Assembly (NCBI GenBank): GCA_051362555.1
Contig: CM120640.1
Coordinates: 37,467,967 to 37,531,966 of the forward strand
Length of the DNA: 64,000 nt
Direction of reading: 5' to 3'
Source of the DNA: Lingula anatina
Taxonomy: Eukaryota > Animalia > Brachiopoda
Both the position numbers and the translations under genes were made by a program. Under the pieces are notes generated by a model that was not told where the DNA came from, made no database searches, and saw nothing but the letters and a program-made list of their open reading frames with translations. Positions 13,874 to 26,844 of this stretch are shown here, piece by piece (positions within the stretch are counted from its first letter, which is position 1; each line of letters begins with the position of its first letter).

Positions 13874-16379
13874 AGGCAGTGCTTTCCATGTACTAGTCTA
13901 CTGGGCTAGTACTTGTAGGTGAAAGCATACACATACAAACAACTTTTTTGGAAAATTGTAGAAGTTGGATGTTGAGGCCGATAATTTATTAAAGCAATTG
14001 TATTTACTGAAGCGCTAGCTCCCTGAGGAATTAAGAATTAAGATAGATGTACATACATGCAATTTACTAAGGATTTAACACATTACCAAAGCTCCAGTCA
14101 GTCTATGGGGACAGTATGCACAAAGGCTAAATCTACCTGTATGTTTTGAAATTGCAGCATTTTAAACAGTACACTGTTCTGATTATGCAGTCATATACAG
14201 GTTTCTTTCCACAATGACTGACATAACATTAAACAAGGAGGGTATATGGATATGAGTGAAGGGTTTCTTTTGATAACCTGAGGGTGACACATGGTTTTCA
14301 CATCAGTGACCTTGGATGTATTATTGTTATGTACAAGCTGGTACAAAGTTAAAAATAAGGATTGCCTCTGAGTGACCTGAGATGAGGGCAGCTAAGGTGA
14401 AAGCTCTGACCCTTGTTTTTGGCAGAAGGGAATGACTGAGTTACTAGTACTCGCAAATTCATTGTTCTCCGTCTATTTAATACACCGTCTGCGTAACTTG
14501 AAGGGAGAAAGGGGGTAAGTGTTGAGTTCATATGCCTTAAACACTGGATTAGAGTGGATTTTGGCTTACTAAAAGTAATGACTTCTAAACAACTGAATGT
14601 GCAGAGTGCAGAAGAGTTGGCAATGCTAAGTTGTGATGTGATTTATGTCACGTTGGTTTGTCACATTAAAGGTAAGAAGTGTGATAGTGTAAGACAGCCC
14701 AAGACAGCCAGGCACCTGTGTTGACACAGTTTTAGCACTTACGTCATTGTATCCTACATATACTTCTGACGCAATGCATTCCAGCTGTGCTGCTGAGTAG
14801 TTTATCTTGTGATTTTCTTCAAATTTTTTTATCAATGTCATGAATGTTGATGTAAACATAAGAAATATACAGCCTAATTTTAATCTGTGCTCAATATAGC
14901 ATTTGAAAAAGTCTGCAAAATGCTTTAAAATAATTGTTCCATAAAAAGGGAATTTAATATGACATGGCATTAATTTTCACTAGTTTAAGATAAAAGGTAA
15001 AATCTGATATTAAACTTGTACAGCATGTAAAGATAAGCAGTTAATTATAAAGCACCCTGAGGTTTAAGTGTTTAATATCTTGTTATAAGTGCCAGGGCAC
15101 TGACTCTCTCCCCCTTATCAGCTTACAGAAGGAGGGGGGGGGGGGGGGGGGGCTTGCCATAGACAGGCTTTATGTGCACCCCCCCTCCCCCCAAACACAT
15201 TACTGTTAGTCATTCTGTTTATATCTATTATTTAAGACTATAAATTTGGCTGCAGTATTAGCCAACATTTAGTTCACCCATGTGATAAAGATAGTTCCTG
15301 CTAATTTTGAAGGTCATTACACATAAAGTCTATGGATATGTATTTTTTTGCGAGTTTAATTGGTTTAAAAAGTCATAGCTAGCATCACTTGCCATATATA
15401 CCAGAGCTTTTGCTTATAAGGAGATCATTTGTGCAAGTTATTTTAATCCATCATCTATGACATCAATTTAAGGTACTTCAAAACTAGATAATTAATGAGG
15501 ACAGGTGTCTTATTTGACCTGGTGATAGCCAGGCTGGCTTGTCATTTGTGTACACATAGTGGGCTGACATTTGGGGCTTTGAGATTAGAGCCTGGTTATA
15601 ATACACCTGCTAAGCTGTGGGGACTCCCTGGGCTGTTTACTGAGGCACTGCGCAGTGTGGTTTCATTTCAGCTGGTGGGTGACCCGTGTTCTATTTTCAG
15701 CAGCTGACCACCTTTAGGTTTGACATAGTGAGTGAATGCAACACCCTTAAATGATAGGTGCTGCAAAAGTGAGTCACCATTTGAGGAATATATCTAGGAT
15801 CCGCTGACAGCTGTGCAATTTTGCTTAAAACTTATTTTTGAAATTAAGTAGGTTTGTGCATGGCCAGTGCAGGCTGCCATTGATTTTATGTATAGAACAC
15901 AGTGCCAAGAAGACCTTAGTGAAAATTGTGTACAGTTGCATTATTTATGGTCAGTTGTTTTTGATTATGTACATATTTGTATTGAGTCTTTTTGTTTTGG
16001 ATTGCAGAGAGACGCTACGGCAATTGAGAGTTTGATGCAGTCTCCAGACTATTCTCCTCTGTACAATATTGTGCTGAAGGGAGTGAATGACAATCAGCAC
16101 AGGTTCACACCTTTTGGTAAGAACTGAGACCTTAATTCACAGGGTATTGGGATGTGATGTGCCTCTGTTGACATGGGTGGGGTAGGTTTGATTGTGCACT
16201 GTGGTAACCAGTGCGTGTTTATATGTATGTGTGGCTGCATGTGTGTTTGTAGGCATGTGTGCACATATGTGCATGGAGGAAGAGGAAGGGGAAGAGTACT
16301 ACAATTTCTCCAATTTTCAAACTTTGTCACAGAGTTTTTTTATGTGTGTTGTGTTACACAGTTTGAAAATAAGCTTTTT

Positions 16380-16451
<72 letters not shown>

Positions 16452-19400
16452 CTATTTGTTAACTGTAGCTGTGTTTTCTATGTCTTCAGGCCTCCAGTCC
16501 AGTAAATATGAATCTCTGCAGGAAACTTTGACTGCCGTCCAACAAAGACTGAACCAGTATCTGATACAAGAAGAGGCTGCAATGGAGGAAAGAATTAGGT
16601 AAAAGAGTTTGTAGATGGTTAGAAAAATATGTATTTCAAGTAAATATAAGGTGCATTATTTGTCAAAACTGAGCCCAACTGTTTTGTTCCAAATTTAAAA
16701 TTTTGAATTCAGCTTCTAATATACCTTAAGTAGAGGTATCAAGACATCAGAAATAAGAAATTGAGAAATATGAATGGTCTTTATAACGAAATGCCTGCAA
16801 CAAATAGCACCTAAGTTATTCATAATCTCTAAGCGATTTCTTTAGCAGATTTCCAGAAGATAAATATAGACACGTGTGCAGGCTCAGGTGGTTTATCTAC
16901 TTCAGTTGTCAGAAAAGATATACTTTATACATAGAGACAGCCTTGATAAGGATAACATGTTTGGCCTTGAAGATAAAATTTAACTGGTCAATAACCTTTC
17001 CAGGGTAAAAAGAAACAGCTATGAGTAGTATAGTTACATTTTCCCACCCCCTCATATTAAGAGTGTACTCTTTGGCATTTTGCTGAGAGATTTCACAGTA
17101 TGGAAAATAGAAAAAAATTGATTACAAAGTTACTGCAGTTGGGGTTCTTTGGTTTATGTGATAGAAGGATCAAGACAGTTCTTTTCCAGATATATATTTG
17201 TATGATAGTGGATTGCATTTGGTAATTTTTTTCTTTTTGTGTTTTTTTTTCTTTAGAAAATATCAAGAGGAACAGAGAACACAGTATGCAAAACTTCAAA
17301 GCAAAGCAAGGAGGGATAAAAATACTTTGATCAGGTAAGCTTGTTCAGTATGAGATTCTTATGCACACATTATGTATTCTTATTTTCAGATAAAAGAAAT
17401 GGAAACCAATGAATAATTTAACACTGCACAAACTTACACAAGTGTTCATACACATAAAAAGGAAAAATAAAAAAGTTGACTTTGAAAAAACACTCATCAG
17501 ATATAGAAAATGTACATTCTAGATATAAAACAAAATCAGAAGCAGGGTTTTAATTTTGTTAGGCACACAACTAGATGAACTTTTATATGCAGTGTATCCT
17601 CCTGCATTTTTATCCTTCAGAGTGGTGTTATGTACTTGTAACTGTTTTACTCTTGATATAAAGAAAGATAAGCAAGCCAGGTGTTGCATTTTAGGTCCAT
17701 GGACTTTTTCTGACACTGACTCACATTCAGCCTGCTTTGTTGTTTACTGCCAGTGGTTAGATACCCTTGTTTACAACCAAAGGTTATGAAAATAAGTCGA
17801 AATATGCCCTGAAATAATGACCAATATATCACCTGTGGTCTGTGCTGAGATGTTACCTGATTGGGGAGTGTCATTTCACGTGCTTAGATATTGTCCTGCC
17901 ATTAAAAAACTTTGTGGTAGCAAATTAACAACAACAACAACAACAACAACAACAAAAGATATTGAAAAGCTTGTTTTTTAATTAACCCTAGTAGTGTGCA
18001 GAAGATGACTACAAAAGACATGAAATTCTCATTTTAGTCATTTTTATCCTTCAAAAAATGAGCTACTCATATAATTATATAAGAGTCAAGTCATCACTTT
18101 TCTAGAATCAAATGTCAAGATTTATTGGTTACATAATATACACTTGTACTCCCTGTGTCCACAAGACTAATATATTACAGTATTATATAATAATGTTGGC
18201 TTTGCTATAGTCCACATCTATGTCAAGGTCAAGTCGTATATTAAATCTGGCCTGGAAAGAAGTTGATAGGATTATCACTACCTGCCTTTGGAATTATGCC
18301 AATAATAGGTGTGCGCTTCAGAATCTTCCACTGTGTAAGTGTCAGAATATATTTTTAAAAGAATATATTTTTATGAAGATTAGGTAGTAATAATCAGTAG
18401 TGTGTTGAAATTGGTCTTAATGAAAGGAATAGAATTTTTGCTATGTTATGAAAAGTTGTGAAAGGTTTGGTTATAAAACTGATAGGATTTTGATTCTCTG
18501 AAGTGTACACCTATTTCATTTTTTTAGCTCTAAAATGTTGTGTTCTCATGTTCTCAGTGTTACCACATTAGGGGTTTAACTCTGGCAAAGTATGTAAGAT
18601 CAGCTTATACACAGGGATGCAGGGACCACAGAATTGTTCTGTCCAGGGTTGCTATATTTATCACATGATCTCCTCAGCTGTTGAAACAGATCATCTCCAT
18701 TTCCTGCAATCAACAACTTTGTTGCTTAATTGGTTATTTGTATATGTCATCAGTTTGAATTATTTTATCATGCCCTGGTCAGGTATGATAGTGTACTCCT
18801 GCTGTTATCATTATTATCATGCTCTTGTGATAAGAGGGGCATAAAAGGGTCGTTGTATCTTGCGTTATCTTATACACGTGCAAGGTGCATGCAAACGCTC
18901 AAGTCGCGTGTATTAATTCAGGGCCACTAACTATCTGTGCTCCCATATAATCCCCACTTGTGATCGGAACATTTGTTACAAAGGGATAGGCTGTAGATAA
19001 AGTGGATCAGGTGGTGTTCAGAACAGTTTGGACGGAAAATGTTTCAGTTTTAACTGCAGGAAGTGGGAAGGCAGTTGATTGCAATAACTCATTAAATTGT
19101 CTATAAGTTAAACTGAAAGCACAATTAATTAGCTGTGTGGGTTAATTAAGAGATTAAGAAGGCTTAATAAAGAGACCCAGAGACTTAATTTATAAATGTC
19201 TTAACTCCAACTGTGCACTTCCAGAGATCAGACTTGAACCCCTTTAGACCAGAATGACCCCAAATGTGACCCGAGATAAATATGTAATAGATGCACAGTT
19301 ACATATATATGCCCCGTGCATTTGTGGTGAATTATTTAAGGCTTGTGCAGTATTTTAAGGCTGCACATTGTATAGCACTGCAGTATGGGCATAGCTGTGG

Positions 19401-21879
19401 GAGAGCAGGTGCCAGACAGCAAAAAGAGGGAAGATCGGTAGGGTGCAGGAAGTGTATAAAATGATGATAAATTTCTAGGAAATTGGAGATGTTTTAAAAG
19501 GCAAAAGTATGTGAGATATAGTGTACATATATTGTTAACTGACAGAAGAAAAGGAAAAGCCATTTCTTTCAAGTCATTGCATTTTGTTTTTTTTTTCTTA
19601 CAGTTCCCTGCTTGCTTCAGAAGCCAAAGATCTCACCGAGTCTCTGACGGAGGCAATGGTAGATGATTCTAGTCCAGAAAATAGTGTGGAAGGTTTGTTG
19701 TTTGTTTTCAAGTTGACTATAATGATACTTGGCACAGTGAAATATAAGTGATAAATATGCTGAAACTATATTCCATATGTCATCTAAAACAAAGCTACCA
19801 ACAAAAAAAAAACTTTAAAAGATGGATATCATAATTGTATGAATTTGTTGGATTTTACCATTATTTTCTTGTTACAATGAATGAAGACAGAGGTAAACAT
19901 TAGGTTTATCATATATATTTATACATTTTTAAATAATTTTAGCGAGCAGTTTGACTGAGTCATCCAGCTTAGAGCAAGACACAAGGAACCAGAACAAGGT
20001 TAGAACATCAAAACCCCAGATTTTCAGAATTAAACTGTTTTAGGATTCATGCATTTCTTCTTCATGAACTCTGTACAGTCATGGTAGTATTACCTAATAA
20101 AACAAGATTCTGAACCTTTTCATCATTTGTGATGTGAACATATAAGTGAAAACAGTCTTATAAAGTACTAGCAAGTGGTTTGTGGGCATAATATGATTCA
20201 ATCTAGGGCCTTATTACTTGAAACTACAACTTTCAGTGGTTTTCTTACACTGGTGGTGTCATATTAGAATGAACTACAAAAGAGATGAGCAGTTAAAGAA
20301 AAGTACCTGTAGATTGGAAGATGAGCAGCTGTGTTTTTTTCCAAATAATTACACTCAAAACCTTTATCATTTTCGACAACAGGTGTCACCAGTGCAGCAA
20401 CAGGACAAGAAAAGCCAAAGTAACTACCAGTCTCATCAACTACTGCAACGAACCACCTCTGCTCCTGTGAGGCTTCAGAGCAATAGAAGTTTAGATGAAG
20501 GTAAGGATAAAAATAGTAAACATTGTTCCTATCATAACACAGGTAACTCATTATTTTATATATCTTATCGTAGGTGTTGAGGTTTTGTGATTTTTTTCAG
20601 CATAGTACTAGATTACTGACTAGTCCAAGAAGAATTATTTAAATGAATAAAAAAAACCTAAGCTTCTTATTCTTGTACAGTAGCTAATTTTTTTTTTTTT
20701 TTTTTATGTCTTGAATATGGCCATAATTCTTATATTGTTTCAGTATTTGAGCTGGAAGGCTTAGATGACGATGAAGACTTACCAGCTTTTGATGAGTCAG
20801 ATGATGATACAGGTAAGAAAGGGTGTTACAAGGGTGTTAGTTTTTGATACTGAAAATTAGTTTGGCTTTTTAGCCCATTGGGTTTATTGATAAATTGGTG
20901 AAATTAAATGAATTATTTTTGATGTCAGTGATCACCACAGCAACTGTACATTTCATTAAACCCAGAGCTTGACAGAAGTTCTTGCCTCTGAATAAAGTTT
21001 CACGGATGTTGTCTTTGACTGAAACAGGATGTAAGTTGTTTAATCTAGATCTATGCTGAACATGTTCCAGATTCATCTGGGTTGTCGTTTTTAAGCCAAA
21101 GTTGATAAATTTGTCCTCATTGATGAAAATGTTACATAATGTAACATATTTGTTAACTTTAATAACGACATAATGTAAAAGATCAATGAGATATGATTTT
21201 TTAAAAATAAAATTCATATGCCAAATATATCTGAGTGCGTTGAAGAGAGATAACAGTAACTGGATATTGGATAATCCCTGGTTAATGTTCCCAATTCTGA
21301 CACCTTACTATCACATAGGTATAGTTTTAACTGTTAACAATGTGATATTGTAGATAACAGTATGAATGAAGACCAGAGCGATAGCAGTGATAGAGACAGT
21401 GGGATCTACTCGCGCTCCATCCCCATATCTGTTCCTATGGCATTCAGGACAGGAAAGTTCTCTGAGAGAGAAGAGGAAGATGTATATGTGAGTGTACAGG
21501 TTGAAGCTAAATGTGTAGTTTGTTGAAAAGATAGAAAAAGAAAACATTTCTGTATAGTAAAAGAATTAAGTGAAAAGAGTAAGTTGGATCACTTCATTTG
21601 AATTGACTCAGTTGACTCAATTGAATAAGGCACTTATAATATAAAATTGTTCTCTTTTTGGGTCAAAAACTGTCTCTACCAGTATTGAATTAACCATTCA
21701 AAAGCTTCCATTGGTACTTGCAGAAGACAGCCCCAGACCCAGAACACATGGCCGCAAGTATTAAAGCCCTAGCACTCAGCGTCCATGAGGACGGAACAGA
21801 AATGTTTGGCGATCTGCCAAGACCACGCCACAACACATGGGGTGACCATCACAGACCACACAGAAGCTTTAGACACTAG
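11618..21879 (+). CDS. AKT1S1: Proline-rich AKT1 substrate 1 (PRAS40)-like mTORC1 inhibitor, ~405 aa, with an N-terminal Cys-rich domain and coiled coil
   Basis: Phase-consistent exons: 11618-11702, 11992-12071, 13675-13809, 16008-16116, 16490-16598, 17257-17334, 19604-19692, 19943-19998, 20383-20500, 20744-20812, 21354-21487, 21724-21879 (TAG). The C-terminal blocks YSRSIPISVP, HMAASIKALA and FGDLPRPRHNT match PRAS40 (YAKSLPVSVP, IAASMRAL, FGDLPRPRLNT). A TOS-like FELEG is present. Candidate upstream non-coding exon donor at 7997/7998 and AATAAA at 24183-24188. Confidence 0.88.
16382..16449. repeat. (TA)n microsatellite
   Basis: Direct inspection; ends about 40 nt upstream of the acceptor of exon 16490. 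Confidence 0.95.
17927..17954. repeat. (CAA)n microsatellite
   Basis: Direct inspection. Confidence 0.9.
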
Positions 21880-21976
21880 CAGATAGAGATGCTTAATCTT
21901 GAGTGACTCTTTTTCGGAGATATCAAGAGGAACTTGGATCTAACTGTACTTTTTACACATTGACTATCCATGAAGT

Positions 21977-22082
21977 GTGATATCGTCACCTATGGGTTGA
22001 AATATATGTTGCTAAAGTGATGGCGCCACCTATGTGGTGAAATTTTTGTTCGTTAAGTGATGGCGCCAACTGTTGTTTGATA
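21977..22082. repeat. Three diverged 40-bp tandem copies in the AKT1S1 3'UTR
   Basis: GTGATATCGTCACCTATGGGTTGA, GTGATGGCGCCACCTATGTGGTGA and GTGATGGCGCCAACTGTTGTTTGA recur at an exact 40-bp period. Confidence 0.8.
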
Positions 22083-23417
22083 TAAAACTTTAGCAAAGCC
22101 TGTGTCAAAAGAATCACATTCACTGGGCTGCTTCAGGCTGTTATTGACAGCATAATAGAACAGAAGAATGTGAAGTAAACACAAATTGTATCATTTATCT
22201 GGTGACTTGAATTCTGATCTTCCTGTACTTTCAGACATGAACCGAGTTTGTTTTAAACTTTTAAAAGGGCGTCTGGATCTGATAATTGGAGTAATTATCA
22301 TTTCACAGGTAGATCTTTTGTGAGATATGAATACAGTTATGACTGTGTTGTTATTAACAGAAAAAGGAAGAAAAAAGAAAAAAAAGGAAAAGCTGGATTT
22401 GTTTTCAGGCTTAATTTGCCATTCGGTAATATACACTGATGATTTATAAAGATTATACTGCATTAAGTGTGATGTAAGAAATGTCAGCTCTTTTTCTGTG
22501 GCTAGTGGTCTGCTCTGTTTTATGAACTTGTGTCTCAAACCAGTATGCAGCATGTTGTAGGACCTGATATTCATGATGGTATACATGATATACTATTTCT
22601 GTCCTCATTAGTGTAAAGTGTTTCTTCATAATTTGCAAAAAGAGGAAATGGGAGTTCTGCATGATATTTTTGATTATGTTTAGACTTCGGTATATATATT
22701 TTTTTATTAATTCAGAAGTTGCATGCAGGATTAAATCATAAAATTACAGTATTATCTATTGAATTATTTTCTAAACTTTCCAAGGTTCACATTTATTAGG
22801 AGGCTTATTTGTTTGAGGCTTTAAGTGGTTATATGTTTGTCTTTTTAATTCCACTGCGAAACATATGATGGAATGTCTTTATTTATTTATTTATTTTTTG
22901 TTTACACTGCTTGCGGGTATTTGCCTATATTGCAGTCTTTGTGATTGTTTAAAGCTTCTGTTTTACAAAGTTATCTGTATTCTGGCTTTATAGGTTGGTA
23001 ACATTTCAGTTTTGATTCAAGTACTTTAATGTACTTTTACCAGTTTCAGCTACTGTGTATAATTAATGAACATTTGTTAATGTTTATTTCTTAATGTAAG
23101 TGAAGATGATCAGCGTCAACAGGTGCACTGGTGTGCATATGGATTTTTTTAAAAACAAACATGGCAGTCATGGTAAAGCACAAAGTTCATTGAAGAGAAG
23201 GGGTAATTTAAAAGTAGAACTTGCTGCTCTGATGATCCTGGAATCATGAATATGTTGAAGGGTTGGAGACGTGAGGCATAGTATTTTAATCATGGAAGCA
23301 GGTTGAAGAAGATTATACGTGTTTGGTATTGGGTGCTGAAATAGTCTTTTGGAATTTAACAGTCTTTTGAAATGGGGAATTTTTTATTTTATTTTTTAAA
23401 CAAAAATACTTTGTCTA

Positions 23418-23483
23418 TGGCCAGTGATTTTATAGTTAAATTGCTGTTCTGTGGCCAGTGATTTTATAGTTAAATTGCTGTTC
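23418..23483. repeat. 34-bp tandem duplication in the AKT1S1 3'UTR
   Basis: TGGCCAGTGATTTTATAGTTAAATTGCTGTTC occurs at 23418 and 23452. Confidence 0.9.
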
Positions 23484-25588
23484 ATCGTCATCACTGAGAA
23501 ATAGCTGTTCACTAAGACAAAGCTCTTAGTTACATGCACAGTACTATATATATTATATATAGCAGGCTGCTGATGTTTAAATAAGCTGTTTTGTGTGGAT
23601 TTGGACAACTTGCTCTTTGTATCTTTTTGATATAGCAGATTTCAATCACTATGGTCTTTACATTTCATTTGTTTATTGCAGGAGTTCTGTATATAGATAA
23701 GAGCTTCTCGTGCTATTACCCTCTACCATGGCCACGAAATAATCATGTGCACTTTTCTCTAACGCGTAGAAAATTTGACATAACTTATCCAGAGACATCT
23801 GTGAGTATCGAGTGAAAAATCAATCTGTGGCCCTGGTAGAGGGTATCATGCTACTAAGGTTACACCAGTCCTTCGTATTACAACAGCATTATTTGAGGGG
23901 GCTTCAACTAAGAAATCTTCAGATTTTAAAGTTTTGCCTAAGATTGTGTGAGAATGTATTGTGTATTGATGCAATATTGGTGTCATAGAATCATATTTTG
24001 TAAAAAAGGGATGAAGTTTTCAGCACAGTCTAGGCAGTTTTTGAAGTGGTTCAGCAGGCTAACCAAGTATTAAATCGGTGCTCTGCCTGCAATGGTCAGT
24101 TCATCACTTGCTTCTCATTACTTGAAGTGAGTTTTCGTATACCTTCGAAAAATTGAAAAATATTTCTTATGAAATATTGGACAATAAAACAAGGTGCTAC
24201 TAATTCTCTTTTTCTTATTGTCATTTTGGATTTACTTAGTAATTTCACTAATGAAATGAGGTAACAGAATACAATATTTATCTATTCACTTCTCCCTCCT
24301 GGCAAAATGAAAAGTTTGCATCAAATTTGCTGCAAACTAAAAGTTTGTGGCAAGGAGTTTGCAAGAAAAAATTGTATTGTTGCTAATTCCGAGCAAATTT
24401 GCAAGAACAAAATCCCTTCATGCAAATTTGTGGGAAGAGGATGCTGCAGGTCTGATATTTAGCCAAGCCCCCCCCCCCCCCCTTCCTCCGTTTCACAAAA
24501 ACTTCGGTCTGTGTGTTCAACGGCAGTAATGTGTGAAGTCGGATTAGTAATAACAGTTAGGCGTGACCTTATAGGTTCTTTTATCACAAACTAACAATTG
24601 AAGATAAAAGAAACGTTTCATTGTCCATCTGACATCTTTTCTAATAGTCTTTTTGCCATCCAATCGCGAATCGCCATCCTTCCTCCACCATTGCTCCATC
24701 TTGCTCCGCTGTCGCAATTCAGTTCGAAAAGGAATCTAAATTCTTTCCGTTTGAATCTGAACAAATAATCTACTTGGAGCAAGCCAAAAGAATATGTGTG
24801 TTAATATAGGATGAGCTTTTATAAAACATTCAAAACATACTAAGGAAAAAAGCGACTGCATAAAAATTAGATTAACGTTACCATGGGTACATGGATATGG
24901 GCAATCCAGTCTGCGACAGAAATATGGATTTAATCGCCATGTATTCAATATCTCCCTGAGTACGTGACGACGAAAATTAGTTACAGTGACATTTCTCTGC
25001 GACACAAGTAGTCCGTGTATAATTGGTTTGTAAAGATGTGTATCTATCCTGTGATATTGATCGTTTTACACAGGCGTCTTATCAGGGAATGCACAACTAA
25101 CAAACGTAACAGTTTTGCAAGCACCAATGTGGCAAAGGGTGCGGTTCTGAGCTGCACTTTCACGGTCTTCTCTGCAGAGAACAATATCTAATCAACATAT
25201 TTGTTAGTGTGAATATTTCAATATCTTAATGTTAATCTCAGACTGACATTTTGTTATCGCGTCGAAAACAATAATATTTCTTGTTCCTTCTGACGTTGCA
25301 TGGAAACCGTGATTGCGAACGCAGCAGGAACAAGTACACGGAACGATTTTCTGAGGCTCTGTTTGAATAGGGCGACGTGCCAAGCGGCAGGGGGTGGGAG
25401 CCGAACCATGACGTGGCATCCCTTTTTTTCTTTCTTTCTTCCTTTCTTTCTTTCCCTCCGATTTTATGACTTCCTGTTTATAATAGGGTAAGGAGTTTAC
25501 AAAAAAAAAAAAAAAAACAACAAAAAACAAAAAACAAAAAACAAAAACAAAAAAAAAACGGAATTTACAAGTTGTAAAAATTTACTTG

Positions 25589-25592
<4 letters not shown>

Positions 25593-25650
<58 letters not shown>
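25593..25650. repeat. (TTA)n microsatellite
   Basis: Direct inspection. Confidence 0.95.
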
Positions 25651-26844
25651 CTGTTATTTAAAAACTTGTTTGACCATATGAATCTGAAAACCCCAGCAAA
25701 TCTAGATAAAAAGCAAAAGGGGAATTGGCTATATCCTCTAATAATGACTAAGGTATAGGCAGCAAGTACTAGTTCAACTGTTCAGTACACATCACAGCCA
25801 ACATTCCTCCTGCGAAATTTTACCCCTTTTTCCGACACTTACACTTCACTTCCTCTATGGCACTGTGCAAAACAATGAACCATGAGCCAAACAATATAAT
25901 GGAATATCACTTAAGGCAAAATCAACAACATTAAAAAAAAACGTGAATAGTTTTAAGCTTAGTAACAAGTCTAGACGTTGATATAGACTACAGTATACTC
26001 CGTGGCACCGGGATCTAACTAGAACTATTTCAGTCAGGAAGTAGATAAGAAAAAACCCTCTCTAAGTTGGAATGATTTCTTAGCAATGGAGAGTGAACCG
26101 AACGGGTAGAACCTTTTTTTCAGCTTCAACGCAATGAGCAAACAGGTGCATTTTCACCTCGGCAGTCCTGCTGTATATTCAGTATATTTTGAGTACTCTT
26201 AGCTATGCGGGTTTATGAATATCCCAAGCGAGCTGTGCATATTACCTAATATTTGTGTCTGACAAAGGTTGATTTGTAATATATGCCACGACGGTCCATA
26301 AAATCAGCGTTTGTTTGCGTTGGAATAGCCGTTATGTTTACCCGGTAAATGAGTTCCTCGTTTAGGCAAGGGGCGCATTTGTCACATGGGCTGTAGGCAA
26401 AATCCGTCAACTGAACTGTACGTCAGCTGAGTGTCAACTCAGGTGCATTATGTGCTACATAGCGTGACGCAGATTACACAGAGGCAGAGGAGCGGTGACC
26501 TATGTGGCATACAGATAGGCATCAAGTGGTTGTGCCATAGTGAAATATTGATATTAAACGACCGCAGGCACCACGTATGGGACTATGCAGGAGCGGAGGA
26601 CGGCCCTTGGTCCCTACAGTGGCGGAACGAACCAGTCACTTTGACGGGAGGTGAGCAGGTTGCTGCTATTATCAACGTATTCACCAAGACATAAAGAGAA
26701 TTTTCAAGCCGACTTCGCGCTGTGAAACGGCCATTGAAACGGGTTTATGAAGTTCAGAAACTTATTGAATTTCCCTCTGTACAAGTTGCCAGTGCCAAGC
26801 TTTAGCAACGCAGTACAGATGACAGCTGGACTCCCTCGGTGACG

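Noticed and set aside
16173-16505. ORF-track entries with IYIYIY, CVCV or poly-I/K runs (also 42264-42831 and 4631-4819)
   Set aside because: These are translations of microsatellites and homopolymers, not genes.
18826-18930. CpG-rich patch in an AKT1S1 intron resembling a MITE end
   Set aside because: No partner inverted repeat or TSD could be identified.
21977-22082. CRISPR-like appearance of regularly spaced repeats (also 8305-8520)
   Set aside because: The context is a eukaryotic spliced gene with no cas genes, and the 'spacers' are themselves similar, so these are tandem repeats.
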